Positions 50,401-63,220 are shown, counted from the stretch's first letter. The stretch is DNA of 64,000 nt from Octopus vulgaris (GCA_951406725.2 OX597817.1:103106001-103170000); one strand, 5' to 3'. The notes: generated from the sequence alone by a model not told the origin. A program made the numbers and translations.

Positions 50401-53400
50401 TCGAATGATGACCCCTTCCAGAAACTTGGCGTCTTTGGGTAGTGTCTCCCTCTTGTAGATGACGTACAGTGGTAGCTTTCCTCCGTCAGCCATGCAAGCA
50501 AGCATCACTGTAAAACGGTCCTTCTCATGACCCATCACGATGATTTTTCACTGTCTTCTCCCCCTTCTCAGCAACAGTTCTCGCCATCGGAATATTGAAG
50601 TGAGGGGAGTCTGGTCTGTATTGTCGATGTGGCTGCACGGCTTCCAAACTCCTCAGCAAACCTGGAAACTGAGAACTTGAAGGCAGCTGTGAATGCTCGT
50701 CTCAGCATGATGACTTTAACTTGAAGAGCGAAGTAGGTAAGTTGTCTGGAACTTGAGGCGGAGTAGACGAGTTAGACGACTAATTATGGTCCAAACAATA
50801 GGATGTAGCTTGAAAGCTTCCTTTGATCATTACCATTTTCTTTACGTATTTATGTAGATATATTACAAAAAGCAAACAAACCAATGCACTTATGAGTACT
50901 TTAAGGTATGGTAATGAAATTCCAGTTGACTTGATTTGTATTCCTTTGTAGCATTGGTGATGACAATGAAATTTACCTTTCCTAGTTCAAGATGTTTCTG
51001 AATAAATGCACTTATCTCCCCTTATATGAAATAAGTTTTCATATTCCATTTTAATTTACTTATTACCTAGTAAATACATTTCATCAATCACATTCAAGTA
51101 TAAATCACAGCCCCCCTCTCTCTCTCTCATTTCCCTATGCGGCGAGATAAGTTATACATCCAGATCACCAAACGATAGTTGTTTATGTCGTAGACCTGGG
51201 GACTACTGATCTTGTAGGTAATTCGCGGTAAATCAGAGAGTAAGTGGAAATTATGATCAGCTATCAATCATAGTGCATTTGTCAGACAAAAGTTAAGTCT
51301 TTACAGAAATTCTCACTACTTTTCTACCAGCACATGTCCCTCTGCTACAGGGCTGCAGCACCATCGAAGCGGAGGCTGCAAGTGAGATGACAACAGTGCA
51401 CATTGGCTTGAAATGCGTAATGTTATAAGAGCATATGACAGACAAAAATAGACAATATTTAAACAGCGTTTTTTTACTAGTTTTAACGGCAAGAATTGTA
51501 AAGGGAGCTAGTACTACATGAATCTTGGATAATTACATGAAATAATGTTCTGGTTTTAGACTGACTTTTCTTTGTACCCGTGTATAAACTGCACCCCACT
51601 TTTCTTGGATTTTCCTGTTGGAAAAAAAGTATGGTTAATACATTGGCAAATACAGTACCTCATGTGTTTTATATCTAAAACTGCATTGTCTAAAGTGTCC
51701 ATCCTTTTCTGAGACAGAAAAGTGTGAATTGAGAGATACTTGACTACTATTTGTAGCAGGTCAGTTGACTAATAGATCCTTCCTCATTGACTTAAACTTC
51801 TTTTGTTTGTCTCATTAATGGATATCTTCTGTTATTTCAAGGAACTCTCACCTTGATTGTCTCATTCCTTTGGCTCAAATCCAAATCAAGAATAATCTAT
51901 CTCTCTATATATAAACGGCAGTTTGTCTGTGTGTGTTTCTGTGTGTCTGTTAGGTTGTACCCTCACCCTGACCACGGCTTTCAACCAATTCTGATGAAAC
52001 TTGACACACACATAGCCCAATGTCATAATTCAAAACTAACACAGCGAAAATTTTGAAAAGTTCCCCCAGTTCTGAAAAAAATCGATAAATTCGACATGGG
52101 GTCGAGAATCAGAAACACAAACCACAGACTGTCTAGGGGACGCAACTCGACCTTTTTAACTAAAAAAAAATTTACCATAATTTTTTTTTCCATTTTTTGG
52201 CTATAACTCTCTAAAACTGCTTTATAGTTATTTCCCTTACAAACCCGAGCAACGCCGGGCGATACTGCTAGTATATATATAAAAGGGAGATCCTGTCTGA
52301 TTGTACCACAAAGTGAAACAAAAACTAGACACCATCCCTCTATAATTTTCTTTGTATGTCTCCTCTATTCTGTCTCCACCTCTATATTCTCTGTCTGGCT
52401 GCCTGTCTGTCTCTTTGTCCTGCAAAGTGAAACTAAAACTCTGCCATGCTACTTCAAAGAGATTCTGTCTCTGTTTGTCCTGTAAAGTGAAAATAAGACC
52501 AGACACTATCTCTTTGATTTTCTTTCTTCTTTATCTGTCTGTTTTCCCTCTCTTTTTTCTCTCTCTCTTCCTTTCTCCCTTTCTTATTACACATAGAGTA
52601 ATAATAAATGGAACAGACGCAAAACAGGTACAAAGGTTCAAGGCCACTCTGATATTAAGTTTTGAACAACAATTGGTAGATCCTGACCAAAATGAATGCT
52701 TTCACCTCAGAATGCTTCTTCATGTAAAAAGAGGACCAACTTCATGGGAAAGTTTGAAATAAGTTGATAGCGAGATTTACAGAACGTATCGTGAAATGTG
52801 TTTCAAGTTAGGTTTGCTTGCAAGTCATCAGTAATGGGAAGCTACATTAGAATGAGCTTCAATATCAAAAACACCTAAGACTTTAAGATGTCTTTTTGCT
52901 ATTATTCTCAAAAATTGTCAAGTAAGTAATTCTGTTCAACTCTGTTCAGAAATGATTTTGCTGAAGATTTCAAGCACCAACTTCAGTTCAATAATCCTGA
53001 GCAAGATATTGGTTTCACGGATGTGATATACAATGTGGTTTTGATTGAAATAGAAGATCAAATTATTTCCATGGGAGGAGAACCTATACAAAATTTAGGT
53101 CTTCCACTAACTAATAGAGGGGATCTTAACACTCTCTCCACTGAAATAATGAGAGAAATTTCCTAAGATAATGATGAACTGACCATGTACGTAAATGATA
53201 ATCTTCCCAAGCTTCTATCTGATCAATGTCATGCATATTCCACTGTCATAGAAAGTATTAACAATAACACAGGAGGACTTAATTTCTTAGATGCTTCAGG
53301 AGGTACTGGGAAAACATTTGTTATTAAACTCAGCCTGGCTAAAGTTTGGCAAAAATGTAATATAGCTTTAGCTACTGCTATTTCTGGGATTGTAGCAATG

Positions 53401-56400
53401 TTACTACCCGGAGGTCAGACTGCTCATTCAACATTCAAGTAACCTTTAGAATTATCTAACAAACAAGATCCAATTTTAATATATCTAAAAATTCTGCAAT
53501 GGGTGAATTAGTACAAAGATGTTACTTAACTGTTTGGGACAAATGTACCATGGCCCACAAAAAAGCTTTTGAAGCTGTTGACAAAATATTACCAGACATT
53601 AGACATTGCAATCCCATGATGGGAAATGTCACAGTATTATTGTCAGGAGACTTCCAACAAACACTACCAGTTATTCCAAGAGGAATAAAAGTGAATGAGC
53701 TCAATGCTTTAATAAAGTTTTCTGTATTATGGCATAATGTGAAAACACTTCAACTTTCAACAAATATGAGATCGAGGCTTTCAAGACATCAATCAGCTGA
53801 ACTATTTTCATGTAATGAACAAACAGAACTTTGTGTATAAAAATGATTTTTTTCTACCTTAATTTTATTACATGTTTTTCTCTTTTAAAAGTATTATATC
53901 ATTGCCATTACTGTATAGATAAATAAAATAACTCATAGAACTTACTTATAATTGCCATATCATAAACAAACACAAGTTCATGTATGATATTGATCTTTCT
54001 TCTACTTCAATTATTACATGGTTTTCTCTTCTAAAAATACACACATTCAGGAGGAGTAAATTATACATATAATAATACTTTCAATGTGGCTCCCGATAAA
54101 CAGTAAAAGTAATTACCCGATCAACGACGGGTTTTACTGCTAGTAAATATAATAAAACTAATGTAAATCTTTGAAGACTACAAAACATTGAATGTTTAAA
54201 AGAATGTGTTAAAACCTGTTTTTACAACAAGTTTGAATACTAATGACTAAAATTACCTATTGTAGTTAATTTTTACTGTTATGTTAACTATGGAATGGTT
54301 GTGTAAATTTGAGGTTTATCTTTGTTCTGTATCTTTCAGGTATTAATGAAAGGTAAAATTTTGTGTCGAAATGGTGTTTTGATGTTGAGCAATGAAAACA
54401 TAAGTGTACTTGGTGGAGAAGTAGATTCTTTAATAGAATCTAATGCTCAACTTCTCTTAATACCCAAAGTTATGTAAGTGTTACCCAACATTGTTGAATC
54501 TTATAAATACAATTTTTACTTTGATTTTTTTAATTCTTTATCTTTACAATTCATTGGTTGTTCATTCCTTTTAGGTTTCTGTTATTGTTTTTCTTATAAA
54601 ATTCAATGAGAAGCTAAAGTTTTCAGACTCTTCTAAACATTTGCTCAATAACTGATAGTCATCTAAAATCACAACTATTATTATGTTCTATACATAGACT
54701 GGAAATGGTACTTTATGTTGGATTAATGTGAAAACATTAATGACTATTGGATATAACTATCTAAACATTAGTATTTGGATAGTATAAGGTGGCAAGCTGG
54801 CAGACTCATAAGCATGCAAAATTCTTAGCATTTTTTTGATGTTACATTCTGAATTAAAATTCTACTGAAGTCAACTTTACTTTTCATCCTTTTGTGGTTG
54901 ATAAAATAAGTACCAGTTGTACTGGGTTTGATGTGAAATGACTTAACCCCCTCTGCTGAAGTTGCTGGCCTTGTGCCAAAATTTAAAATCAATATTGAAT
55001 AGAAATTAGCTGGGATATTTTGAAAATATCACATGGAATGATGACTGTGCCCTGCATAGTTATGGGTTACTCTTTAGCAAGACATAGCACCAGTTCAATC
55101 ACCCTGCCAGAGATATGTCAAAGCCATGGGGCTGCAACATGGTGGATTGTGAAAAGGCAGCAAAAGAGCTCAACAGAGTTGACAGTGCTTCTTATATTGA
55201 TGTTGAAGGGAGGAATCATAGAAGATCAATGGGCAGAATTTCTATCGAAAGTAACTGCAACACACACATAAGGGTGGAGTCCATGGTTGTGTAATCAGCT
55301 AATGAACTTATTTTTGAAAAATAAAGTAATTACTTCTCATATATAAAAAAATATATATACAGGGTGTGATGGGTAAATTGTCGGTATTTTATATTTTTAA
55401 TTTTGTGCATGCACATTGTTTGTTTTTGATTTTGATGACTACATATGTAGGACCTTCTCTGATCAGTTGAATAGTGCTTTATTTTCATTTTTAGGAAGGA
55501 AGTTGCATTGTTTGCTGGAAAGGACATGAGAAAAGATTTTGTAGATAGTGACAACAATAACAAGAATATATCTAACAGAAAGATGAAAGAACTCCATACT
55601 TCTAATGTCCAAAATAAGAAGCATGTTTATTCAGGTAAGTCTGTTGTTGGTCTGCTAAAATATCTTTTACTTATTTACCTAAATATTCTATAATTAATTA
55701 TGAGGTGGGAGTGCTAAGCAGTGATGTGTATAAATGCAATGCTATTTATTACTAGTTTGAATATGCCAGTGGCAAGTTCAAATTTGTAAACAAGGCATTC
55801 ATTGTGCTTTGTCATGGAGAATATTTCTCACTGTAAATACACTTAAATCAGCTCGCAGCATCACCTATTGGTGCTGTAACCTGATTTAGGTGCATTTATA
55901 CCATTTGTCTACAGCGAAAAAATTTTCTCCATGACTTAACACAGTGAATGGCTTGTTTACAAATTTGAACTTGCCACTGGCATATTTGAACTGGTAATAA
56001 CATTAATCTATAATTAATTTTCCATAACACTTTCCTGGCTTAACATGTCATTTTAATTATTTACTTAGACTCATCATATGACCAAGCCTGTATTCAGAAA
56101 AAATCAAGGTAAGATTTTCTGAAGAGTTACTTCCTAAAATTATGTTTTTTTATGTACTGATTTTTGAAATCTAGGAAGTTTCGTTAATTTTCTGAAATTG
56201 TTTGGATTGCAAATCATCCTAGAATATAGATTCATGTTTCAGGTTTTCTTTTTCCAAGTTTAAAGGCTTTTAAACTTCTGGTCTTTATGTTTAAATAAAT
56301 ACTGAAAAATTAGACCATATTGGTGATAATCTTAATAAACTGTGTAAATATTGAGAATACTATTTAAATTTTTGTGTTGTAGTAATTCTTAACAACTTAG

Positions 56401-59400
56401 TCAGAAACTCACTTTAAACATACATTTGGAGCTGGTCTATTTGTATTACTTGTTATCTTTGAAAGGTATCAACAACACATTATCTACAGTTTCCAACTTA
56501 AAAATGTTTATACAGATACATTTCAGATAAACTTTAGGTTAGGCATGAGTGACAATTTCCTAGTGGTGGGCTTTAAGAGATATCACTTATCATAAATTGG
56601 ATCACTCCATAAAAGGAATAATTAAGCAAACATCCTGTGCCTGTGGCTCCCCTGCTGGTGGCATATCAAAAGCACCATCTGAACGTGGTCGATGCCAGTG
56701 TCCCCTGACTGGCACTCATGTAAAAAGTGCTCACTACACTCTCAGAGTGGTTGGTATTAGGAAGGGCATCCAACTGTAGAAACCTTGCCAGATCAGATTT
56801 GAGCCTGGTACAGCCTACTGGCTTGCTAATCTGCAGTCAAACCGTCCAACCCATGCCAGCATGGAAAGCAGACATTAAACGATGATGATGATGATTGTAT
56901 ATCAAACCTTGATTAAGAGAGTGAAAGAAACAAAATTGTTTGAATTGACTGAGATGGATCTAAAGAATATGTTGTGACATATCATTATGCTTACGTAACC
57001 ATGACATTATACTAGATGTAAGAATAATGATGAAAGGCAGCTCAAGTGTTCCAGGTTACCCATGTCTGCTCTGGGTGATACATGCTGCATTTGTTGTTGT
57101 TTAACACCAGGTCTCATCCCTGATGAAGCAAACCCATGACCATCTCATCTTTTTAGCAGTATCTTGGATTACATTATCCAACAAAACCTTCTTTTTCTTA
57201 AAGGGTTAGGCGTGATTTGAGAGAAATTCTGCTGCTATATTTAGTAGAATGAGTGATTACATACAAGATTCCTCAGTGGCTTGTATTTATAAACTTATGA
57301 AATACAATTTTCCTTAGCTGAAAAGGTAAAATTTTGATTTCTCTAAAATCAGTATCTTTTTAATTTTACAGACTGTTTCTCTAAAATCAATATTTTTTTT
57401 ATTTTACAGACTCTACAAAGACACTTCAGAAGAAACATTTGACCCTCATTATAATAATATGAAAGGTAATAATCTGTTATTGTAACAAGTTTATATGAAA
57501 TATATATTTTGTATTCATAAAAACCATAAAATTTGAATAATTTGAATTAAGAAATACTTTGAAGATTGAAAAATGATAATATGGATATTTATATTAAATA
57601 AGCTATATCAGACCATCAATATTGAACATTTTTCTTTTATTTTGTACGTAAACTAGTTTTAAAATATTTTTACAATGGTATTAGAAATGGAAAAAAAAAA
57701 AGAAAAAATATCTATAAGAGAATTAAAATAATTTTATTTCACTTATTTAAAAGAGAAAACAAGTAATTTTAATGCTGTTATTGTCATGATTTATTTCAAC
57801 TATATAGGTTAAATGCTAAGCTGATATTGGGATTAATTTTCTTTTACAGATAATGCAACAAAAATGAGTACAAATTTAATAGATGAATTTGCTGATGAGG
57901 TATACAGACGTTGTTCACTTAAGATTACTTCTGCATTCATCTCTTTACAAACCAATAAGTATTTTTAGCATGATATTAAAAATTATATAATTTGAAAACA
58001 GACTCTTGGTTTCATAAACACTTCCTTAAGTAATTTCTTTAATCCTGTTTACTAATTCTACCAATTCTGTTGCTATTACAAAGGCCCCAGTTTGTCTGAT
58101 GTAGCTGGTTCCATATCACCTCCAACATGTTTTCTTCAGCATACTCTCCTCTCATCACTAACCAGGCCATGCACTAATCCTTTTACCTAGTCCTTCCTTT
58201 AGAGAACGTCAAATCTTAGGATTTTCATCTACACCCACATTTTCCCCTGTATATCCCCTGATATACAAATGTTTAAACTCAACATCAACCATATCAATCT
58301 CACCAGTCCCAGACAGCCTATAAATGTATGGGCATGGCTCCTTTTTTTTAAAGCCTATAAAAAAGAATGGGTAAAATGCTGCTAATATTTTATGAGAACA
58401 AGGTGGTGAGCTGGAAGAATCATTAGCACACCAGGCAAAATGCTTAACAGCATTTCATCCATCTTTACATTGTGAGTTCAAAATTCTGTCAAGGTTGACA
58501 TTGCCTTTTAATCCTTTCAGGGTCAATAAAATAAGTGCCAGTTGAAGACTGCGGTTGATGTAATCAACTTACCCATTTCCTGGAAATTGCTGGCCTCTTG
58601 CCAAAATTTGAAATCAATATTTTATGAGAACAGCTTCTCAGTGAGTGTGACATTAATGAGCTGGCCTGTTGGCTGCATGGTCAGATCTAAAATTCATTTG
58701 TCTCCTTCAGCAATTTTGCATGCTTCAGTTTGACATCACTTTTATATTTCATAGAAATAAAAATGAATTCAATCAGGATGGAGCAAGCAAAATTGTGTTA
58801 ATGTGGGCTCCTACCATTAGATAGAAGGATGTATCTAATGCTTATATGTGGGTATCATACAATAAAAGTTTTTTAGATATAGACCTAGTATTTAAGTTTG
58901 ATCATAGGTTTATCATTCTGAAGTGGAAACACAACTACAAAAAGTTATAAAACAACAAAAAGTAAAACAAACACACTTGACTGAAGAAAGAATGGTTTTT
59001 CTGCATCAGAGAATTGACACCATTCGCTGGTCAAACCTTTCTAGAGAGATTGTAGTGCTCTCTGATCTCAGGGCACAAAAAACATTCTCACACAACACAT
59101 ATAGTGTGTAGTTGTGCAGAGAGGGCACTAACTTCCTAGATACCAGCATAACCAAGAATCATCTCAACAACTTTCAAGGCAAGTAAGATGGAAAGAACGG
59201 AAGGCTATTTAAAAGAGAGGGTTATACTGGATTGGAGAGGCATTTATTGGAAGGCATTTATTGATGGGAAATGAAAAATTAAGAAGACTTCTAATTTATA
59301 GCTAAGTGATTACTGGTAAGAAGGGTACCCATTAGTGAAATCTACTGTTCTGAAAAGTAAAGTATTCTAGCTATGCAGACAAAGAAAATGGTTGTGAAAT

Positions 59401-61404
59401 AGGAATACGTTTTTAATTTGAAAAATATTAATATAAGTATAAAGAAAACTTCTTCAAACAATTTTATTAATATTCAAAACATCTTTCATTTTATTCCATT
59501 TTTCTTATTTTAATTTCAATTCTTTGTAAACTTTCTATTTTATTTTTTAAAGAAAAAGACTTACGATCCAAGTTATATTAATAAAAGTACTTTTTCCAGA
59601 TTAAATTAGAAATATTTTGTTTGAAAAGACCAAATATGTATTTTTTCTATTTTAGTGGGATGATCTTGATTTTATGCAAGAACTTGATGAAAATGCTGAC
59701 TTAAATATTCCAAAGAAATCAAATGAAAAACCAGTTTCACAGCCAAGCGAAATTTCCCACTTTGAGGAAAATTGGGATGAAGATGAAATGGAAGTTGCTA
59801 TGTTAAATGACATTGAATTTGAAAATGAAACGAAACCACAAAATTCTGACATTCACTCTTCTACATCCATGGCTCCATCAGTAACGCATGATGAAATAAG
59901 TACTTCTAGGTTAAAAGCACATCAAAAACCCACTTCTTCAGTAACATCTAAATATAACAAGCAGTTATCTACTCTTGATATAAACTCAAACAAAAAGAAG
60001 TCTGATGCTAGTCAGTTTGAATCCTACAATGATTCTTCAACATCCACTTCTAATAGCATAGAGCATTTAATGAACAAATGGACAAAACTGAGCACTCAAA
60101 GTCATATTCAGTCAAACATATTTCCTTGTCTTTCAAAAGGTAGGTGTTTAATAATTATTTGAATTATTTTATAAGGTATTTTTTTCATGTAATAATCAAA
60201 TAATCACATTAGAAAAAATTTTGATGATTATTCTAAGTCAGATTAGTTTTGTAATTGCAATATATATTTATTTAATACATGCAGGGATCTTGTAAAATGG
60301 AAACACAGAGTGAAATGATTTGATGCAGGTATTTGGATGTTGGTTTGGCATGGATGACTCGACATTCCACCTGTTTTGGTGCTGGAGGCAAACATGTGTG
60401 CGTGCGTGCACACACATACACACATACACACACACACGTTTGTTAATGCAGAAATATACACAGGCAGAGAGACACACACACATATTAAAATGTCTGATGT
60501 AAAATAAGTCAGCATTGAATCAGCAAATAAATGATGCCAAAATGGCTGTGCCAGAACATCTAATACCCCCCAAAATATTTACTAAATGTTGAGGAAGTTC
60601 ATGTAATTTGTTTAGTAGTGACAGTAGAAAGAAAAGCATGATAGTAGTTGTGAAATATGAATTTAGTGGTGCACCAAAATCAATCTATGGAAAATGAGAT
60701 TTGAGCTGCCTGAGTACAAAATTGGAAATGAGTTATAAAAAGTAGTGCTCCATGGCCTTAACTGTAATAGCTAAAATGAATTAAAGCTAAACAAGAAGTG
60801 AAATAGATTAAAGTCATATTTACAAAATTTATAGATTATTGAGCAATAAAACAGTATACCTGCTATTGATTTAAAATACGCATATAACATTATAAATTTA
60901 ATGTACAATATGTGGACTTATATAATCCAGCGGTAATCATGAAAAGGCTCTTTTAGTGGATCCAGCTACATACCACATAGTAAACACTACATAGGAATGT
61001 ACTGTTCAGTCCTCTGCAGTTGAAATCCAGTAAATCCAATCTGTGAAAATTATTTTGTGATGAGTGTATAAAATATAAAGGAAATCAGAAGGCATGAGCT
61101 GAATATATTTATTTCACCAGTTGATGTTCATAGGATATCCACTACGTCTAATGTGGACTTTTGTAACTAGTGTTTGAATATAAGAGAAATGTTGGTGATA
61201 TAGAAATATTTACTGATTGAAAATTCCTTGAATTCTTTATTGTAAATTTTATATTCTTGAATTATTAACGAACCTTTTTACTAAAACAGTATTGTAATCC
61301 TTTCCACAATATTTTCAGTTGATGTCCATAAAATTCCATTCACTTACCTATTTCTATTGAAAGCTTACAACTTACAAGCAGAATCAATTAAATTTTACAT
61401 TAAG
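37335..61404 (+). CDS. RMI1: RMI1, RecQ-mediated genome instability protein 1 (BTR dissolvasome subunit); 11 coding exons in window, 3'-partial
   Basis: join(37335-37430,41960-42106,45615-45725,48807-48926,54340-54473,55495-55634,56069-56108,57410-57465,57850-57899,59656-60139,61319-61404) = 1464 nt, open and all GT-AG. Motifs VPMEWLDACIDW, VYEQWLAADL, GFYCLQVNNIIDIS, RMLKMEMTDG..GIEY, NPGFK, RNGVLML..VLGGEVDSL, and C-terminal PFTYL. Confidence 0.93.
37892..38408. mobile_element. Fold-back HHR element inserted in a family-B SINE in RMI1 intron 1
   Basis: Inverted arms of about 180-230 bp; HHR relics at 37908-37964(-) and 38330-38391(+). Confidence 0.75.
38330..38391 (+). ncRNA. Hammerhead ribozyme relic (G12>A)
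   Basis: AGAGT-CTGATGA-gttgtctataa...ttatggatgc-AAAA-ccacaag-TC-ACTCT. The minus-arm copy keeps GAAA-CCATTGG-TC. Confidence 0.65.
39072..40958 (+). mobile_element. Gypsy remnant: 5' LTR, tRNA-Trp-like PBS, degenerate gag and protease
   Basis: LTR TGTTG...CAACA (39072-39442); PBS TGGTGACCCGACGTGA (39450-39465); gag LAVRDMI..FKAEVL; zinc knuckle CWYRSKF..KCTQPC; protease FIVDMGASLS...WIFVIADLFYPILG. Confidence 0.85.
41960..42106 (+). CDS. RMI1: RMI1 coding exon 2
   Basis: cag|GSTLSADQLKSLVYEQWLAADLTELGSQCLPQQTATSNKFFLSGFYCLQ|gt. Confidence 0.92.
43087..43395. mobile_element. Shorter fold-back of the 7855-8292 HHR family
   Basis: TSD AAGGCTAGTGTG at 43075-43086 and 43396-43407; HHRs at 43171-43216(-) and 43306-43351(+). 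Confidence 0.85.
43595..44438 (-). mobile_element. Mariner transposon, internally deleted
   Basis: TA then CGAGGTGGTATCAAAAAGTTCC, with a degenerate inverse at the right end; KSMLIAFFDICGIV and PQGQIVNQEIYCNVLKCLR. Confidence 0.85.
45234..45453. mobile_element. piggyBac-type MITE
   Basis: TTAA-CCCTTTC...GAAAAGG-TTAA. Confidence 0.65.
45615..45725 (+). CDS. RMI1: RMI1 coding exon 3
   Basis: cag|VNNIIDISTSYYTQHSKLKGTDSSNSLISAENPKQYT|gtaaat. Confidence 0.9.
47645..47864. mobile_element. piggyBac-type MITE, probably nested in an older hAT-like MITE (about 47553-47932)
   Basis: TTAA-CCCTTTAGCATTC...GAATGCTAAAGGG-TTAA. Confidence 0.8.
48807..48926 (+). CDS. RMI1: RMI1 coding exon 4 (OB1 fold)
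   Basis: tag|PQPVHCRMLKMEMTDGTTVVHGIEYKSIPSLNVNINPGFK|gt. Confidence 0.93.
49840..51655 (-). mobile_element. pogo/Tigger-type DNA transposon with degenerate DDE transposase
   Basis: TA-CTGTATTTGC...GCAAATACAG-TA; GHEKDRFTVMLACMADGGKLP..KGWMD, LDAFRCH, GMTSLLQPYDVAINKPFK. Confidence 0.9.
51896..52271 (+). mobile_element. Non-autonomous Helitron (same 3' end as the 14991 copy)
   Basis: 5' TC; 3' CCCGAGCAACGCCGGG hairpin then CTAG|T. Confidence 0.85.
52272..54143 (+). mobile_element. Helitron with degenerate RepHel (PIF1-like helicase)
   Basis: LRMLLHVKRGPTSWESLK, FLDASGGTGKTF, ISGIVAMLLPGGQTAHSTFK, LLSGDFQQTLPVIP, LSTNMR; 3' hairpin then CTAG|T at 54140-54143. Confidence 0.9.
54340..54473 (+). 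CDS. RMI1: RMI1 coding exon 5
   Basis: cag|VLMKGKILCRNGVLMLSNENISVLGGEVDSLIESNAQLLLIPKV|gtaagt. Confidence 0.93.
55495..55634 (+). CDS. RMI1: RMI1 coding exon 6
   Basis: ttttag|..KEVALFAGKDMRKDF...KKHVYS|gtaagt; phase 2 to 1. Confidence 0.82.
55746..56000. mobile_element. Hairpin MITE with about 95-bp inverted arms in RMI1 intron 6
   Basis: atatgccagtggcaagttcaaatttgtaaacaag pairs with cttgtttacaaatttgaacttgccactggcatat. Confidence 0.85.
56069..56108 (+). CDS. RMI1: RMI1 coding exon 7 (40 nt)
   Basis: cttag|DSSYDQACIQKKS|gtaaga; phase 1 to 2. Confidence 0.72.
57410..57465 (+). CDS. RMI1: RMI1 coding exon 8 (56 nt)
   Basis: ttttacag|RLYKDTSEETFDPHYNNMK|gtaata; phase 2 to 1. Confidence 0.75.
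57850..57899 (+). CDS. RMI1: RMI1 coding exon 9 (50 nt)
   Basis: ttttacag|DNATKMSTNLIDEFADE|gtatac; phase 1 to 0. Confidence 0.75.
58401..58620 (+). mobile_element. Family-A SINE with TSD, CpG-depleted
   Basis: aatatttt(t)atgagaaca flanks both ends. Confidence 0.8.
59656..60139 (+). CDS. RMI1: RMI1 coding exon 10 (acidic, Ser-rich linker)
   Basis: ttttag|WDDLDFMQELDEN...ENWDEDEMEVAMLNDIEF...FPCLSK|gtaggt; phase 0 to 1. Confidence 0.85.
61319..61404 (+). CDS. RMI1: RMI1 coding exon 11 (start of C-terminal OB fold)
   Basis: ttttcag|VDVHKIPFTYLFLLKAYNLQAESIKFYIK|gtaagg resembles the vertebrate PPFVYLS...VKVK segment. Confidence 0.85.
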
Positions 61405-63220
61405 GTAAGGCCTGTGCATAATTTTAGAGATTTTGGCAATTACACTGGTTTTTATTTCTAAAACATTAGGAATATTTGTTAGAATATACAGCCAAAACTA
61501 GTATCAAGTAATAGAAATATTAATGGCAGCTTGAAACAGATAGCAAATAGTTATGTTGAATTGTTAATAAGTTAAAATGGCTATAGATTGTGAATTTAGA
61601 GTACTGACCACAGATTCTGTATGTTACTTGAAAAAAGGTTGTTATAAAAATTTTTTTATTTGTATTTATTAATATCCAAATTTTCAGGCAACATGCTACC
61701 GTAGTAGAACAAAAAAAAATTATAGACTTGTTAAGCCGATGCCAATGTTTTGTAACTGGCACCCATGCTGGTGACATGTAAAAAGTACCCACTACACTCT
61801 TGGAGTGGTTGGCGTTAGGAGGAGCATTCAGCTGTAGAAACCGTGCCAAATCTGATTGGAACCTAGTGCAGCTTACCAGTTTTCAGTGAAACCATCCAAC
61901 CCATGGCAGCATGAAAAATGGATGTTAAATGATGATGATGATGGCTAATAAGATAGAGTTTTATTATCAGTTTGTTTAGCTTAATTTATTCATCTTTGTT
62001 ATTGAAATTTTGTGTTTGTGTTTCTTCTTTTTGGGAGGAGAACTGTAAATCTGGTTGTAAGTTTTTGATAAAATAATTGATTTAGTTTCAGTTCTTATTT
62101 GAAATAATATCATTTGATTTACATCTCTTATTTCCATGGGTAAAGTATAGATGTCATAATTTGCATTCTTTCTGATGGAAAGGGCTAAATCACCAATGGT
62201 TTCCACAAATCAGTCACAGGGTCAAATAAACTTTTGAAACTACTTTTTACTACAGACCTAGTTCTTCCTATTTGCTTTGAGATTGATCAATATACTGGAA
62301 TAGTATGCCTCTATGAGGAAGAGCAATTTCCATGATATACTAATTTGCCTGTTTGATACTTTACAGTAGCTGGTGATGCATAGGAATAGAAAGATGCAGG
62401 AAATTGTTGCAAAGTTTACAAATGCATTAAATGCATGTATGGAAGGTGGACATTAAATGATGACATGACGATTAACTGTGTACTATTGGAATTACCACTT
62501 GTATCTTAGGGCCTGTCAGTGTATAATAATTTGATCATTGTAACCAGACCAGAATGGAGACAACCTTACAGTACAGACATCTGTAAGCACAGTGGAAGTA
62601 CTATGGAAGAATAAGTGACAAATTTGCCACATATAGTTCTATCAAGCAAGTTCAGTCTTGTGGAAAATTTTTAGCATCTCGAATTATTGAAATTACATAA
62701 TAATAGCTAAGGCACAAAAAGTCCAGAACCAGCTTTGAAGAACTCGGCAGAAATGCTGTCTTCAACTGGTATTTTGTTTTCAATTTGGTGAACTGCACAC
62801 CATATTAAGGCATTATGGTTACACATCAAATATAATAGAGCATTATCTTGACATGTTCACATCTATTTAGTCAGTTTTCTGTCTTCATAGTATATTAAAT
62901 GAATTGTAACTAGTTTTGTTTAGAATAGTAAAATATAGTGAGCCCAAAATTTATAATTAATTAAAGTTATGCATGTAGTGAAGAAAAAAAAGTATAATAA
63001 TGATCGATTCTCTTAAAAAGGTAGGGGAGATAACCCTCCCATTGAGTATGAGTATTGACTAATTTTTGATAGTACAAGACATATTTTAGTCTTATTACAC
63101 ACTTCATTGTTTTTCTTACAGTGGAGTACTTTCTGCTCATCATTCTATAGAGATATATTGAAGTAGAGCCAGGTTGTAAATATGCAAATTAAACACTTCA
63201 ACATCTGATAATATATAATA

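Noticed and set aside
53185-53840. PIF1 helicase as a host gene
   Set aside because: It has stops and frameshifts, lies in an RMI1 intron and ends in a Helitron hairpin plus CTAG.
59674-60162. Stand-alone 162-aa acidic protein
   Set aside because: Explained as RMI1 exon 10 with in-phase splice sites.
62510-62582. Candidate RMI1 exon 12 (tag|GLSVYNNLIIVTRPEWRQPYSTDI|gtaagc)
   Set aside because: No similarity to the expected xFIxTL...SDG OB-fold segment; the next exon is probably beyond the window.
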